From Nibricoccus sp. (GTDB lineage Bacteria > Verrucomicrobiota > Verrucomicrobiia > Opitutales > Opitutaceae), in assembly GCA_047602425.1 (NCBI GenBank), contig JASGHG010000001.1:3520001-3584000 (forward strand): a DNA stretch of 64,000 nucleotides. The letters are read 5' to 3'. Position numbers and translations under genes: made by a program. The notes under the pieces were generated by a model that searched no databases, had not been told where the DNA came from, and saw only the letters and a program-made list of their open reading frames with translations. Positions 30,965 through 46,090 of the stretch are shown here, piece after piece (position 1 is the first letter of the stretch; each line of letters begins with the position of its first letter).

Positions 30965-32413
30965 TCAGGCGGAGGCTGCGGAGCGTTTTTGCTCGAAGAG
31001 TTGTTTATCGATCTTGTTGGCGATGATGACGCCGTAGTTAATTGTGCCGAGCCAGCCGGACATGATGATGCCGACGGAGCCGGCGTGGTAGAGGCCGGGC
31101 AATTTATCGGGGAGTTCCATCGAGACTTTTAGTCCTTCGAACTTGGTGCCGAACGACGTGCCGCTCATGTGCGTGGTGTAGCGTTCGATCGTGCGCGGGG
31201 TGGCGGCTTCCATCCAGTCGATCTTGGCGCGGACGTCGGGGATGAATTTTTCGAGGGCGACGAGCGATTCCTCGATCAGGCGCTTTTTGTGGATTTCGTA
31301 TTGTTCGTCCGTGAGCGTCTGCCAGTCGGGATAGCGGCCGTTGAGGGAAACGACGACAGTGTAGCGGTCGGAGCCGGGGCGCGTTTCCGGATAGTAGACG
31401 GAGAACGTACGGCTGGTGGTTTTGAAATCAGTCAGTTCGTGGCTGCTGAATTTCGGCGCCGCTGAGGTGAAAACGAGATCGCCAATGTGCGGGATAGTAT
31501 CACCTTTCCGGATACCGAAGTACACCTGGCAGGAGCTGGAATTGATGCGGACGTTCCGGGCTTCGTCGATGTAGTCGCGCGGGAAATTTTCTTCGCCGCC
31601 CAGCCGGAAGATCGTGTTTTTGATGTTGGCGTTGGAGAGAATGGCTTTTGCGCGGATGATGCGGCCGCCCTTGGCGACGATGCCGGCGGCGACTTTGCGG
31701 CCGTCACGTTCTTCGACGAAGATCTTTTCGACGAGCACGCGTTTGCGGAGTTCGACGCCGTTTTTCTTGAGCTCGGCGGTCATCTTTTCGATGAGCAGGT
31801 CGGAGCCGCCGCGGAAAGTGAAGACCCCGGAACCCATGAAATTCGAGAAGACGATGCCATAAGTGATCGCGGGGTCGTCGAGGGTGGAACCGTTGGCGTA
31901 AGCGATTGGTTCCATGAGCAGGCGGTGCACATCGTCGCGACCGGGGAAGAACCGGTTGAACATTTGGCCGGTCGTCTCTGTGTTGTTGTCGTAATAGTTC
32001 ATCGCGCGCAGGTGGTCGTAGAATGCTTCGACCTGTTCGCGAGGGAGTTTGAACTGCTCGACGAGGACGCGGGTGTAGTCTTCGCGGGTGAACGTTGTCC
32101 AGACGTCCATTTGGGGGTTCACGAAGCGGATGTCTTTAAGTTGGACGATCGCGTCGGCGATTTCCTTGGTCCAATATTTGCGGCACGATTTGATCATGCC
32201 GCTGGGGAAACCGTGGAGGGAAATGTCGAAGATGTGTCCGCCCTTGCGCGTGAACCACGTGGCGAGACCGCCGTACTGCCAGTGGTGTTCGAGTAGAAGC
32301 ACGCGATGGCCGGCCTTGGCGAGGACGTTGGCGCCGGTAAGGCCGCCCAAGCCACTGCCAATGACGATCACGTCGTACTCATCTGCGACACCTTTGAGCC
32401 AGTCGTAAGCCAT
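30965..32413 (-). CDS. Phytoene desaturase-family FAD-dependent oxidoreductase
   Basis: [11 protein letters not shown]ossmann motif, [24 protein letters not shown]. Confidence 0.85.
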   Translation of the reverse strand: MAYDWLKGVADEYDVIVIGSGLGGLTGANVLAKAGHRVLLLEHHWQYGGLATWFTRKGGHIFDISLHGFPSGMIKSCRKYWTKEIADAIVQLKDIRFVNPQMDVWTTFTREDYTRVLVEQFKLPREQVEAFYDHLRAMNYYDNNTETTGQMFNRFFPGRDDVHRLLMEPIAYANGSTLDDPAITYGIVFSNFMGSGVFTFRGGSDLLIEKMTAELKKNGVELRKRVLVEKIFVEERDGRKVAAGIVAKGGRIIRAKAILSNANIKNTIFRLGGEENFPRDYIDEARNVRINSSSCQVYFGIRKGDTIPHIGDLVFTSAAPKFSSHELTDFKTTSRTFSVYYPETRPGSDRYTVVVSLNGRYPDWQTLTDEQYEIHKKRLIEESLVALEKFIPDVRAKIDWMEAATPRTIERYTTHMSGTSFGTKFEGLKVSMELPDKLPGLYHAGSVGIIMSGWLGTINYGVIIANKIDKQLFEQKRSAASA

Positions 32414-32485
32414 GGAAAAAGTTCAGAGTGAGTTGGCCTTGGCGGAAATCGCAACCGGGAAAAAGGGGAATGCGCCTATGCTTGA

Positions 32486-33079
32486 CTAGGTCGTCTTGAA
32501 TCGAGGGTCCGGAGGTAACACATGGGCGCCCAAAACCGGGAAAAATGCCCGAAAGTCGGCCTCAAACGCGTCATAGTTTTGTTCGAGGGTTTTTACGGCT
32601 TGGGCCAAGTTGATCGGACGTTGGAGCCGTTTCGAAATTCGGGTGAGTGCGGTCGTCATGCCTTCAAGCGAATCGTAGGAGCAGATCCAATCTCCCTCGC
32701 GAATTTGAGACAATCGGTCGTAGAGCGGACCGGAAAGAATGTCGCGGAAGTCGTCAATCGACGCGTAGAATCCCGCCACGAAAGCGCGGAGCTCGGAGTC
32801 GGAGTAAAACCGCCAATTGCGCGCCAAAAAGTGATCGTAAAATAGATCGACAATAATCGGTCCGTAACGGCGCAGCGATGGGTCGATCCGTGAAACGCTT
32901 TGGCGAACGACCGGGTGGCTGTCGGTAAACGCGTCGATACGTTTGTGTTGGGCGATGCCGCGTTGAAAATCATGGGGCAACGTCGCCAGCACTGACGGAG
33001 GCGCGATATCAGGAAGGAGATTGCCAATGCGGAATGCCGAATTCGGCTCGGAAAGACGGAGATGGGCCAACCAATTCAT
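32486..33079 (-). CDS. acpH: ACP phosphodiesterase (DUF479)
   Basis: MNWLAHL, GNLLPD, HKRIDAFTDSHP, DLFYDHFLA. Confidence 0.88.
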   Translation of the reverse strand: MNWLAHLRLSEPNSAFRIGNLLPDIAPPSVLATLPHDFQRGIAQHKRIDAFTDSHPVVRQSVSRIDPSLRRYGPIIVDLFYDHFLARNWRFYSDSELRAFVAGFYASIDDFRDILSGPLYDRLSQIREGDWICSYDSLEGMTTALTRISKRLQRPINLAQAVKTLEQNYDAFEADFRAFFPVLGAHVLPPDPRFKTT

Positions 33080-33130
33080 GCTGCGAGTTGCGGGTTGGCG
33101 ATGCAAAGCGTCATCTTGGCGAGCGTCTTT

Positions 33131-34567
33131 CTAAAGCAAAGGAGCGAGCAAACGACAGATATCTTCGAGAACGTGGCCGACGATGCGGAATTTTCGGGCG
33201 CGTTCTTTTTTTGGTTCTTTGCAGTGTTTCAGGAGATCGAGCGCCCAGGCTTTCATGGCAATCACGTCTTTGGGGGAGTAAAGAAGGACGCCGATCTCGA
33301 AGTTCACGAAAAGACTGCGGAGGTCGAAGTTGGCCGAGCCGAGCATGGCCATGCGGTCGTCGACGATGATGCCCTTGCTGTGCATCATGCCTGGGCCGAA
33401 TTGCATCACGGTGGCGCCGGCCTTGCGGAGTTCGCGGACGTAGTGGCGGCGTGCGTAGTCGGTAACGGGATGGTTGGAGCGGGCGGGAACGATGAGCATG
33501 ACCTCGATGCCGGCGCGGGCCTTAACCATCAACGACCGGAAAAGCACTTCGTCGGGAATGAAATAGGGCGTAATGATCCAAATGCTGGAGTGGGCCTCCT
33601 GAATCATTGAAATAATGCCCTCGTAAAGGGGATCGCCCGTGACGTCGGGACCGCTGACGACGACTTGGAGCGAACTTGATCCTTCGGTTTTGCGGGCGTC
33701 AGGAAGGTTTTCCTGATGGAGCCTATCGAGCGATTGATGCGTGGCAAAGGCCCAGTCGGCGAGAAAAACTTCGTTGAGCAACGCCGCGCCGGGGTCGCGG
33801 ATCAGCGCACTGAAATCGCGCCAGCGTTTGCGCCACGGGACGTGTCCCATGTATTCGCGGGCGAGGTTGTGACCGCCGACGATGGCGGTGTGCTGGTCGA
33901 AGACAGCGATTTTGCGGTGATTGCGGAGATTGGCTGTGCTGCGGAAGGAGAGATGGATGACGGGCAGAAAACGTGCGACTTCGCCGCCGGCCTCGCGGAG
34001 CGGTTGGACGAAGCGGCCGCTGGTGAAAACGCATCCGACGGCGTCGAGGAGCAGCCGAACCTTTATTCCCTCGCGAGCCCGAGCGGCGAGCAGGCGAACC
34101 AGTTTTTTCCCCGTTTCGTCGTGGCCGAGAATAAACGTCGTGATGTGGATGGAATGCTTGGCATTGCGAATCTGATCGGTGAGAGCGGCGAACATGTCTT
34201 CGCCCGTGGTGAGGAGTTGCACCTCGTTGCCGACGGTCGGAGGGCAGGCGCCACTGGCGTTGATCGTTTGGACGGTCGGCAGGAGTTGTCCGGTGAGGTC
34301 GAACGGCGGCTGGCTGCCGTCGAGGGTTGGCGCGATGCGAGTTTTGCGCGCAATGAGGCGTTTGAGCTTTCGGCCGCCGAAAATCATGTAGAGCGGCACG
34401 CCGACGTAAGGGATCAGAATGATGCCAAGAAGCCAGGCGAACGTGTTGCTCGGCTGGCGCTTTTCCGCGAGCAGACGGGCGACCAAAAAGAAGGCCAGCA
34501 AGAAGCCCCCGACCGTAAAAAGATGGGGTAGGACTGGATGATCTATGAGGTTGCGTAAGAGATCCAT
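33131..34567 (-). CDS. cls: Cardiolipin synthase
   Basis: Two N-terminal TMs, two HKD motifs (RNHRKIAVFD; MHSKGIIVDD), GSANFDLRS. Confidence 0.9.
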   Translation of the reverse strand: MDLLRNLIDHPVLPHLFTVGGFLLAFFLVARLLAEKRQPSNTFAWLLGIILIPYVGVPLYMIFGGRKLKRLIARKTRIAPTLDGSQPPFDLTGQLLPTVQTINASGACPPTVGNEVQLLTTGEDMFAALTDQIRNAKHSIHITTFILGHDETGKKLVRLLAARAREGIKVRLLLDAVGCVFTSGRFVQPLREAGGEVARFLPVIHLSFRSTANLRNHRKIAVFDQHTAIVGGHNLAREYMGHVPWRKRWRDFSALIRDPGAALLNEVFLADWAFATHQSLDRLHQENLPDARKTEGSSSLQVVVSGPDVTGDPLYEGIISMIQEAHSSIWIITPYFIPDEVLFRSLMVKARAGIEVMLIVPARSNHPVTDYARRHYVRELRKAGATVMQFGPGMMHSKGIIVDDRMAMLGSANFDLRSLFVNFEIGVLLYSPKDVIAMKAWALDLLKHCKEPKKERARKFRIVGHVLEDICRLLAPLL

Positions 34568-34677
34568 GCCGTGGGTGCGATGGTGGGCTATGGAAGGTGG
34601 TTTTGGCAAGCCACGCAGAAAGTTGAAAAAAGCCTTGAACTCCATGCCGCGAGTCGCGAATTTGCGCGCTCCTTTTT

Positions 34678-34744
<67 letters not shown>

Positions 34745-34763
<19 letters not shown>

Positions 34764-35017
34764 CTTCCGCCAAGCGGAAGGGACAAGGGCTAAGTAACAA
34801 GTGCCAAGGGCGGAGGCGCGTTGCGGAGATGGATGAGAACCTTGGTTCGACGGAGCGAAGCGGAGAAGGAGCGCGCGATAGCGCGAGTGCGGAGCACCTG
34901 GCCAAAGGCCAGTCAATCCATCTCCTACCACCACTTCCGCCAAGCGGAAGGGGCAAGGGCCAAGTAACAAGTGCCAAGGGCAGAGGCGCATTGCGGAGAG
35001 GGATGAGAACCTTGGTT
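34745..35017 (+). repeat. 170-bp-period direct repeat containing the tRNA-Tyr 3' end
   Basis: 34745-34847 recurs at 34915-35017 with a few substitutions. Confidence 0.9.
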
Positions 35018-35117
35018 TGACGTGAAAGTCGACCAAAGGCCCACTTTGGGGACATGCAAAGTTGCTGACTGACGGAAGAGACTGGTGCAGGTCCTTGGGA
35101 TGTGCGAAAGAGGAACG

Positions 35118-35927
35118 ATGTTTCGGTCGCTGCACAGCCATTTTCTCAGGCTTACGCTATTCATTTTGTTCACGTGCGGTGTCTCACCAGCGGCGGACAA
35201 GCTGTCGTCTATCTCGGCAAAGCCGACTTCACCGGATGATCGTTTTGCGATCGGTGAATGTATCGTCAGCGACGATTTTGACCAAGGCTCGGACGCGTGG
35301 AAAGCGGAGTTGGAAAAAGGCGGGGTTGTGGAGGTGCGTAATGGCGCCCTGGAAATTGATGTACCGGGTGGTTGCACAGTTTGGCTGAAAACGCAGCTCA
35401 GCGGCCCGGTGCTGATCTCGTACGAAGCCACTGTCGTTTCGGCGGGTGGGGCCAACGATCGGGTGAGCGATTTGAATTGTTTCTGGATGGCGCGTGATGC
35501 GCGGAATCTGGACCACATTTTTGGGCAGGCGCGCAGTGGAAAATTTTCCGATTACGACCAACTGCGATGTTATTACGTGGGGCAGGGCGGCAACTCGAAC
35601 AAAACGACGCGGTTTCGCCGTTACATTGGTGAGCAGAAAAATCGACCGCTTCTTCCTGAGCACGATTTGTCCGCGAAGGAATTTCTCCTCACGCCCAACG
35701 TGTCGCAAACAATCCAGCTCGTCGCGGCGGGCGGAGTCATTGGCTACTATCGCGACGGGCGTCGGATTTTTGCTTACGACGATCCGCAGCCTTACACCAG
35801 CGGCTGGTTTGCCTTTCGCACGGTGACCAATCACCTGCGGTTAAAAAACTTTCGAGTTCATCGACTGACGATTCGCGAAGGTGCCAAGCTTTCAGCGCCA
35901 ACGGCGAACCCGTCGGCAGAGAATTGA
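35118..35927 (+). CDS. Secreted DUF6250/YesU-like (ConA-like) protein
   Basis: Signal peptide; GCTVW, DRVSDLNCFWMA, YYVGQGGN.NKTTRFRRY, GWFAFRT. Confidence 0.7.
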   Translation: MFRSLHSHFLRLTLFILFTCGVSPAADKLSSISAKPTSPDDRFAIGECIVSDDFDQGSDAWKAELEKGGVVEVRNGALEIDVPGGCTVWLKTQLSGPVLISYEATVVSAGGANDRVSDLNCFWMARDARNLDHIFGQARSGKFSDYDQLRCYYVGQGGNSNKTTRFRRYIGEQKNRPLLPEHDLSAKEFLLTPNVSQTIQLVAAGGVIGYYRDGRRIFAYDDPQPYTSGWFAFRTVTNHLRLKNFRVHRLTIREGAKLSAPTANPSAEN

Positions 35928-36050
35928 ACCTGAGTTTAAATAACAGCTGGCCTGTGGGAGCATTTTCCCAAAAGTGACGCCGCCGGTTCGCTTCGTCGGG
36001 CTTTGAGACGCTTCAGGACGTGGCAGCCCCCTTTCTTTTTCCCAGCTTTC

Positions 36051-36767
36051 ATGAAACCCCTTACGAAATTGCTTCTTCGTGAACTCGGTCGGCGGGTCAG
36101 AGCTTGTTTTTGGCTCAAGACCTTTGGTATTCCCGCGTTCATGGCGTTGTTTTTTCTCGGGTATTTTCTGATTTTGAACAACCCCTTCGTCGCGGTTACG
36201 GTGATGCCGTTGACGGTGGTGGATCGATTTTTTTCCTATCAAAACAGCGCGTGGATCCTCTACGTGTCACTTTGGATCTATGTGCAGATTCCCCCCACGT
36301 TCATCGATAACAAGCGGGAGCTTTTTACCTATGGCGGAACGGCTGCGCTCACGAGCCTGGTGGGTTTTGTGATTTTCTTTTTCTGGCCCACGGCGATTCC
36401 GTCCGTGGCGGTCGAGGACACGCTGTCGTCGCTGTCGCGCATCCGCAGTCTGGATACAACAGGCAACTCCTGCCCCTCGCTGCACGTGGCGTTTTCTGTT
36501 TTCACGGCCGTGTGGCTGGAGGTTTTCCTGCGTCGGTTGCGCGGCGTGGCATTGGCTCGCTGGGTGAATATCATTTGGTGCCTCGGCATCGTCTACTCGA
36601 CCATTGGCACGAAACAGCACGTGTTCATCGACACGATCCCGGGCGCGATTTTGGGGCTGGCGGGTGGTTTGTTACAGGCGAAGCTCGTGCGGATTCCTGC
36701 TCAACCGGCGAACGAACAACTCACGCCCGAATTTTCTCAGATCAATCCTGCCGCGCGGAAGCTGTAA
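36051..36767 (+). CDS. PAP2-superfamily membrane phosphatase/transferase
   Basis: Multiple TMs; NSCPSLHVA and STIGTKQHVFID motifs. Confidence 0.8.
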   Translation: MKPLTKLLLRELGRRVRACFWLKTFGIPAFMALFFLGYFLILNNPFVAVTVMPLTVVDRFFSYQNSAWILYVSLWIYVQIPPTFIDNKRELFTYGGTAALTSLVGFVIFFFWPTAIPSVAVEDTLSSLSRIRSLDTTGNSCPSLHVAFSVFTAVWLEVFLRRLRGVALARWVNIIWCLGIVYSTIGTKQHVFIDTIPGAILGLAGGLLQAKLVRIPAQPANEQLTPEFSQINPAARKL

Positions 36768-37468
36768 TGGCCGACGCCCACGGGATCGCGGGTGGGGTGA
36801 CCGAGGATCACGTGGTCGAGCAGGTCGATGCACACAGTTTTGGCGGCCTCACGGAGTTGGCGCGTAGCGGTGAGATCGGCGGCGCTCGGAGCGGGATCGC
36901 CTGACGGGTGGTTGTGGACGCAGATGACGGCGAGCGCGCCTTCGCGGATGGCCTCGCGGAAAACTTCGCGTGGATGGACGAGGGAATTTGACGCTGTTCC
37001 GGAAGTGACCTCGACGCGTTTGAGCAAACGGTTTTTGCGATTGAGGCAGAGAACCCAAAATTTTTCGACCTGAAGTCCCGTGGCGATCGGAGCGAAATAA
37101 GCGGCGACGAGGTCGGCACTTTCCAGGAGCGGCGCGTCTCCTGCCTGCTGGCCGAGCACGCGGCGGGCGATTTCCATGACGGTGACAAGTTGCAACGCCT
37201 TCACGCGGCCGATGCCTTTAAGTCGGCGAAAGTCCTTTTGAGTCCACGAAATCAAGCCGGCGAGCGAACCTGCCTCGGCGATGAGGCGGGTGGCGAGCGT
37301 CAGTACGTCCTGGCCCTGCGTGCCGCTGCGCAGGAGCATGGCGAGTAGTTCGGTATCGCTGAGCGCGGCCGCGCCGTGCTTTTCGAGTCGTTCCTGCGGG
37401 CGCTCGCCCACGGCCAGTTCCTTCAAGCGGTTTCCCTCCCGATAAACGGGTGATGCGGCCTCGTTCAT
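36737..37468 (-). CDS. radC: RadC-family JAB domain protein
   Basis: ERPQERL...LSDTELLA, KGIGRVKA, VHPREVF, HNHPSGDPAPSAAD, LLDHVI. Confidence 0.93.
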   Translation of the reverse strand: MNEAASPVYREGNRLKELAVGERPQERLEKHGAAALSDTELLAMLLRSGTQGQDVLTLATRLIAEAGSLAGLISWTQKDFRRLKGIGRVKALQLVTVMEIARRVLGQQAGDAPLLESADLVAAYFAPIATGLQVEKFWVLCLNRKNRLLKRVEVTSGTASNSLVHPREVFREAIREGALAVICVHNHPSGDPAPSAADLTATRQLREAAKTVCIDLLDHVILGHPTRDPVGVGHYSFRAAGLI

Positions 37469-37527
37469 GTTTTCGTTTTTAAAACCGGAAACAGGCGGAA
37501 GGCGAACCAAATTACAGCGACCAAGGA

Positions 37528-37598
37528 TCTTTCTCTTTATCTTACTCTTTCTCGTTATCCCTGGTTTGTGGGGAGAAAGATAAAGATTAAGAGAAAGA
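37528..37598. repeat. Inverted repeat made of hexamer-like TCTTT(C/A) units
   Basis: TCTTTCTCTTTATCTTACTCTTTCTC ... GAGAAAGATAAAGATTAAGAGAAAGA, 26-bp imperfect arms. Confidence 0.75.
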
Positions 37599-37617
37599 GG
37601 AAAGAGCGGAAACGGGC

Positions 37618-38648
37618 TCAGTAGTGTTTCACGTAACCATTGCGGCGAAGGCGTTCAAGCCACCTGTCTTGGCTGACGCGGGCCATCTGTTGGACGAGGA
37701 TGCGTTCGATTTCGTCGCGGACTTCGTCAATCGATTGCACGCCGGCGAAGCGACGGTCTTCGACATAGAGCAAAAAGGCGCCTTCGGGCATGACGATTGG
37801 TTTGGTAACTTCGCCCTTGGCGAGTTGGAAAAGCGGGTCGCTCAGCTCGGGTTTGAGGTCTGAGCGCTTCTGCCAGCCCCAGTCACCACCTTTGGAGCGG
37901 CGGGTGTCCTGGCTGACTTCCTTGGCGATGTCCTCGAATTTTTCGCCGGCCTTCATGCGATTGAGCACGGTATTGGCTTTGTCGGTGAGGGCTTGATCGG
38001 TTTCGCCTTCCTCGCGGCGGAACTGGATGAGGCGAAGGTGCACGCCGTCTTCGCGGAAAAATTTGTCCTGGTTTTCCTTGTAGTAGGTTTCGACCTTCAC
38101 GGGGCTGACGATGCTCTGGCTTTTGCGCTGCTGCTGGCGCATGTAGCCGTAGATCATGTCTTCTTCGACTTCCTTGCGGTAGTCGCGCATGGTTTTGCCG
38201 CGGCTGCGGAGGTACCCGAGGAACTTGGAGCGGTCGTTGTCGAACTGGGTGATGAGGATTTCGGAAATCTGGTTGTCGATGTAGCTGGCGGGAATCTGTT
38301 TCTTGGGTTCGCCGTCTTTTTCCTTGAAGAACTCCTTCACGATGAGGACGCGGTCGATGAGGTTTTGCACGACGTCTTCCTGGAGAGACTCGAGGCGCTC
38401 GTTGAATTCCTTTTCGTTTTTGGAAGTGCGTTGGATTTCCGGGACGAGCGGGGCGATTTCGCGGCGGATGTCGTCGACGGTGATGATTTTGTCCTCAGCG
38501 ACGGCGGCGATGCCATTGGCGAAGCGCAGGTCGAGCTTGTCGGACGGCGGAGCGGGAAGTTGCGCGCGGGCGGAAATCAGGAGAGTGCAGGCGATGCTGG
38601 TGTGGGCCAACAGGGTAACAGCGCGGGGAAACAGGCGGAAGCCGGACA

Positions 38649-38652
<4 letters not shown>
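37618..38652 (-). CDS. SurA-like parvulin peptidyl-prolyl isomerase
   Basis: Signal peptide, SurA-N-like domain, FEDIAKEVSQD..KGGDWGW. Confidence 0.85.
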
Positions 38653-42131
<3,479 letters not shown>

Positions 42132-42220
42132 GGAAACGGTCTAACAAACAGGGAACGGACGGGGGCGCAATCTATGAACGGGATGCGCAGTTGCGCCAAT
42201 CTGTAGCGCTTGCTCGCGCC

Positions 42221-42931
42221 TTACAGCGCAGAGCTGGACAATTTCTCCAAGGCCAGGCGCGCGGCGGCTTCTTCGGCGGTTTTTTTGGATTTGCCACGAC
42301 CGATGCCCAAGGGTTGGTCGTTGAAGAAAATTTGGATCTCGAATTCCCGGGCGTGGTCTTCGCCGTGGATCGCGACGACTTCGTAGCGAATGGCGTGATT
42401 GCCGTGCATGGGTTGCACGAGTTCCTGCAGACGACCTTTCGGATTTTCGGTCGGCTGGGATGCGGCGAGCAGTTTTTCAAAAGAGCCATAGAGCGCGAGC
42501 AGCACGCGCCGCGCGGTGGCGTAGTCAGAATCCAAATACACCGCGCCGATTAGCGCTTCGAACGCGTCTTCGTGGGCGGCGGGGCGTTCGCGGCCGCCGG
42601 TTTGCTCTTCGCTGGCGCTCAGACGCAGGCAGGCGGGAAGTTCGAGCTGTTGGGCGAGCGTGGCGAGAAAAACTCCCTTGGTGAGCGTCGCGCGGCTTTT
42701 GCTCAAAGCGCCTTCGCGGTCGGTGGGGAATTGGTTATAGAGAGCCTCGGTCAACACGAGCTGGAGCACCGCATCGCCAAGGAATTCGAGACGTTGATTG
42801 CTTTCGGTTTCCCCGGGGTTGTCGTGCAAATACGAAGGATGGGTGATCGCGCGCACGAGATGGCGCGGATCGCGAAAAGTGTAAGCGAGCCGCTGCTGCA
42901 AAGCGAGGAGTGCGTCAGATTTTTCGGGCAC
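42221..42931 (-). CDS. rnc: Ribonuclease III (GTG start inferred)
   Basis: AITHPS, NQRLEFLGDAVL, DAFEALIGAVYLD, dsRBD (NPKGRLQE...GKSKKTAEEAAA). Confidence 0.95.
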   Translation of the reverse strand: MPEKSDALLALQQRLAYTFRDPRHLVRAITHPSYLHDNPGETESNQRLEFLGDAVLQLVLTEALYNQFPTDREGALSKSRATLTKGVFLATLAQQLELPACLRLSASEEQTGGRERPAAHEDAFEALIGAVYLDSDYATARRVLLALYGSFEKLLAASQPTENPKGRLQELVQPMHGNHAIRYEVVAIHGEDHAREFEIQIFFNDQPLGIGRGKSKKTAEEAAARLALEKLSSSAL

Positions 42932-43182
42932 GGGCGGGAAAGATTTTTTAACCGCGAATAAACGCGAATGGACGCTAATAAACCGAAGGCAAATGTGGAG
43001 GGGAATCTTTCCAATTACCCGCGCAGTTGAGGTGGCTGCCGATACGATCCCCGCTGCACCTGTCACAGAATGTTTGTCATCTAATAGACTACAAACTGTT
43101 TGGTAGAGACAAAATAAATGAGACGCGAGGGTGGAGTTCAATCAGCAATGGCGCGACGCGCTCCCAGAGGACGCGGAGGCGT

Positions 43183-43968
<786 letters not shown>

Positions 43969-44037
43969 GGGTATTGTGGCTGCATTAACCGCGAGCGGAG
44001 CCGCGGAGTCTAGCGCGAACTTGCAGGTAGTTGCACG

Positions 44038-45021
44038 TTATTCTTCGAGGGCGCGCGTGGATTCCTCGGCGGTCAATTTGTGGGTTTTGACCCAAGCTTC
44101 GGCGGTGGATGGATCTTTTTCTATCCAGCTGCGCAGGCCGGTGACGAGAGCGAGCGATCGATCGTGACCTTCGGGAAATTTGTAGGCAGCCTCCGTGAGG
44201 CTCTGGGGATTGGTTTGGGCCCATCCGCCTATAACAGCGTGGAAAGCGGCGTTTTGACGGAGCGGATCTTCAAATGCGATGGCGGACTGCAGGGCTTTTT
44301 CGGGCTGCTGGCATCCCCATGGATGATAGATGGCGGTGAGCAGGTCGACGCGGTGGTCCGGATGAGCGGCAGCGGCAAAGTCAGCGGCTTGGGCGAAGTG
44401 ACCGACTTGGGCAAAACTGTAGACCAAATAACGGCCGAAGGACCACGCTTCCTCAGGATGTTCGGTCGAGAGGCGCCGCGCCAGACGGAGGGCAGCTTCA
44501 GGATTTTGCTGCGTGCCATTGAAAACGGCGGCGAAGGCATGGCCTTGTTCGATGGCATCTTGATGCGTCCACGCCCAATCAGCGGCTGCATCGGGAGCGC
44601 TGCGGGCCCAACCACGGAGGACGCTTTGGAGAAAAACGTCGCGTTGAGCATCGTCTTTTTCCGCCAGCGCGAGCGTGAGGGCGCGCGCTGGGTCGGTGGC
44701 AGCGAGAGTTTCGAGTGATTCGACCGAGACGGTGGAGGCGGTATCGGTGACGGCAGAGGGTGCTTGCACCGCCTCGATTGAAACGGCGGTTTTAGGTTGA
44801 TCGGTCAGTTCGGCGGAATGCTGCCGAGAAGACGTCAACGGAGCCGCGGTCTCGGCGCGATGTTTCTTTGTTGAAGAGCGGAGCAACCAGATTGTCGCGA
44901 TGGCCGAAATAACGATTACCGCCAATAGTTTTGCGGCAGAGGGAAATTTGCTGGGCTGGCTCGCTGAAGCGGGAGGCGCGGTCATTAAAAATAAAGGCGC
45001 AGCCCGGTTGGGGGTAGTCAA
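44038..45021 (-). CDS. Hypothetical membrane-anchored helical-repeat protein (start uncertain; ATG at 44985 is an alternative)
   Basis: N-terminal TM, linker, repeated W-x(3)-P-x(2)-A helical motifs. Confidence 0.65.
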   Translation of the reverse strand: MTTPNRAAPLFLMTAPPASASQPSKFPSAAKLLAVIVISAIATIWLLRSSTKKHRAETAAPLTSSRQHSAELTDQPKTAVSIEAVQAPSAVTDTASTVSVESLETLAATDPARALTLALAEKDDAQRDVFLQSVLRGWARSAPDAAADWAWTHQDAIEQGHAFAAVFNGTQQNPEAALRLARRLSTEHPEEAWSFGRYLVYSFAQVGHFAQAADFAAAAHPDHRVDLLTAIYHPWGCQQPEKALQSAIAFEDPLRQNAAFHAVIGGWAQTNPQSLTEAAYKFPEGHDRSLALVTGLRSWIEKDPSTAEAWVKTHKLTAEESTRALEE

Positions 45022-45100
45022 CCGGACTGCGCGTCAGTTTTTTGCGGGTGTGTCGGCTGATGTGGGTGGTCTAGCATTACATCCCCGCTGAGGGTACTGA

Positions 45101-46090
45101 CTAGTGGGCGCCAGCTCCAGTGGAGGAGTTGGTGACCACACTTTTCACGCTGCTTGCCGTTGTCAGTGTGTAGCTATACGGCGGCGTGAAAACTGAGGAG
45201 GAATTAGGGGCCCAGGTTGGTTCGGTGGTGCTGACGTAATAGTTGCCGCTCCACTTGATCAGGCCGACGTTGGAGGAATCGCTGTAGTTTTTCCACGGCA
45301 TCGCCTGGGAATCGAAGTAACAATTTTGAACAAGGATCTGGGCTTTGTCGCCGACACCAATGTTGTAATTGCTGCCAGCCGAGCCGTAGTAGTTGTTGTA
45401 AACGTGAACCTTGCCAAAGCGGACGCGGGGCATGCGTTCTTTCACCAACGTACCGTACCAATTGTGATGCATCGTGATCCGGAGGTGGCCGGTATCCTCG
45501 GAGCTGTTGCTATCGCTATGTCCGATGAGGTTGGAGAAGTTGTGGCCGGTGTCCGAGGTGTATTGGAACTTGCACCACGAGACCGTGCCGTAATCGCAGG
45601 CATGCGTCTGATCGAGCGCGCCGTCGCCGCATTGGGTGAACGTGCACTTGGTGATGAAGTAGTTGGTGGTGAACTGAAGCGTGAGCCCATCGCCTTCAGC
45701 AACGTTATTGGGGTTGGTGAAGTTGAGGTTTTGGAGGATCAGGTTTTTTTGATTTTTGGCTCGAAGATTTCCGATGAAACCCGAATTGGCACCTACGCCG
45801 GTGATCGTCTTATTGGAGCCGATATCGACATTGGAGGAGCCGAGGTTGATCGTGCCGGAGACGTTGATGATCCTGGCGGTGGTGCCGGTTGCCGCGCTCT
45901 GGAAGGCGGCGAGGGTGCTGACGGTCACGGTGGAACCGCCAGCGCCTCCGGTGACGCCTCCGTTTTGTGAGGCCCAGCCATCGGCGGCGTGAAGGACAGG
46001 GGAGAGCAGAGCGACGAGGCTGGCGAGACAGAGGCCGGTGCGCAGGGCGCTGAAACGGCGACGGGGTGCGGGGGTAGTTACTGTATCCAT
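45101..46090 (-). CDS. Secreted pectate lyase (PL1, PelC-like)
   Basis: GVTGGAGG, SNKTITG, DGALD, TVSW, LIGHSD, ITMHHNW, RMPRVRFGKVHVYNNY. Confidence 0.92.
   Translation of the reverse strand: MDTVTTPAPRRRFSALRTGLCLASLVALLSPVLHAADGWASQNGGVTGGAGGSTVTVSTLAAFQSAATGTTARIINVSGTINLGSSNVDIGSNKTITGVGANSGFIGNLRAKNQKNLILQNLNFTNPNNVAEGDGLTLQFTTNYFITKCTFTQCGDGALDQTHACDYGTVSWCKFQYTSDTGHNFSNLIGHSDSNSSEDTGHLRITMHHNWYGTLVKERMPRVRFGKVHVYNNYYGSAGSNYNIGVGDKAQILVQNCYFDSQAMPWKNYSDSSNVGLIKWSGNYYVSTTEPTWAPNSSSVFTPPYSYTLTTASSVKSVVTNSSTGAGAH

Noticed and set aside
42932..43141. N-terminal extension of rnc
   Set aside because: Runs through repeat-containing intergenic DNA; RNase III homology starts near 42931.
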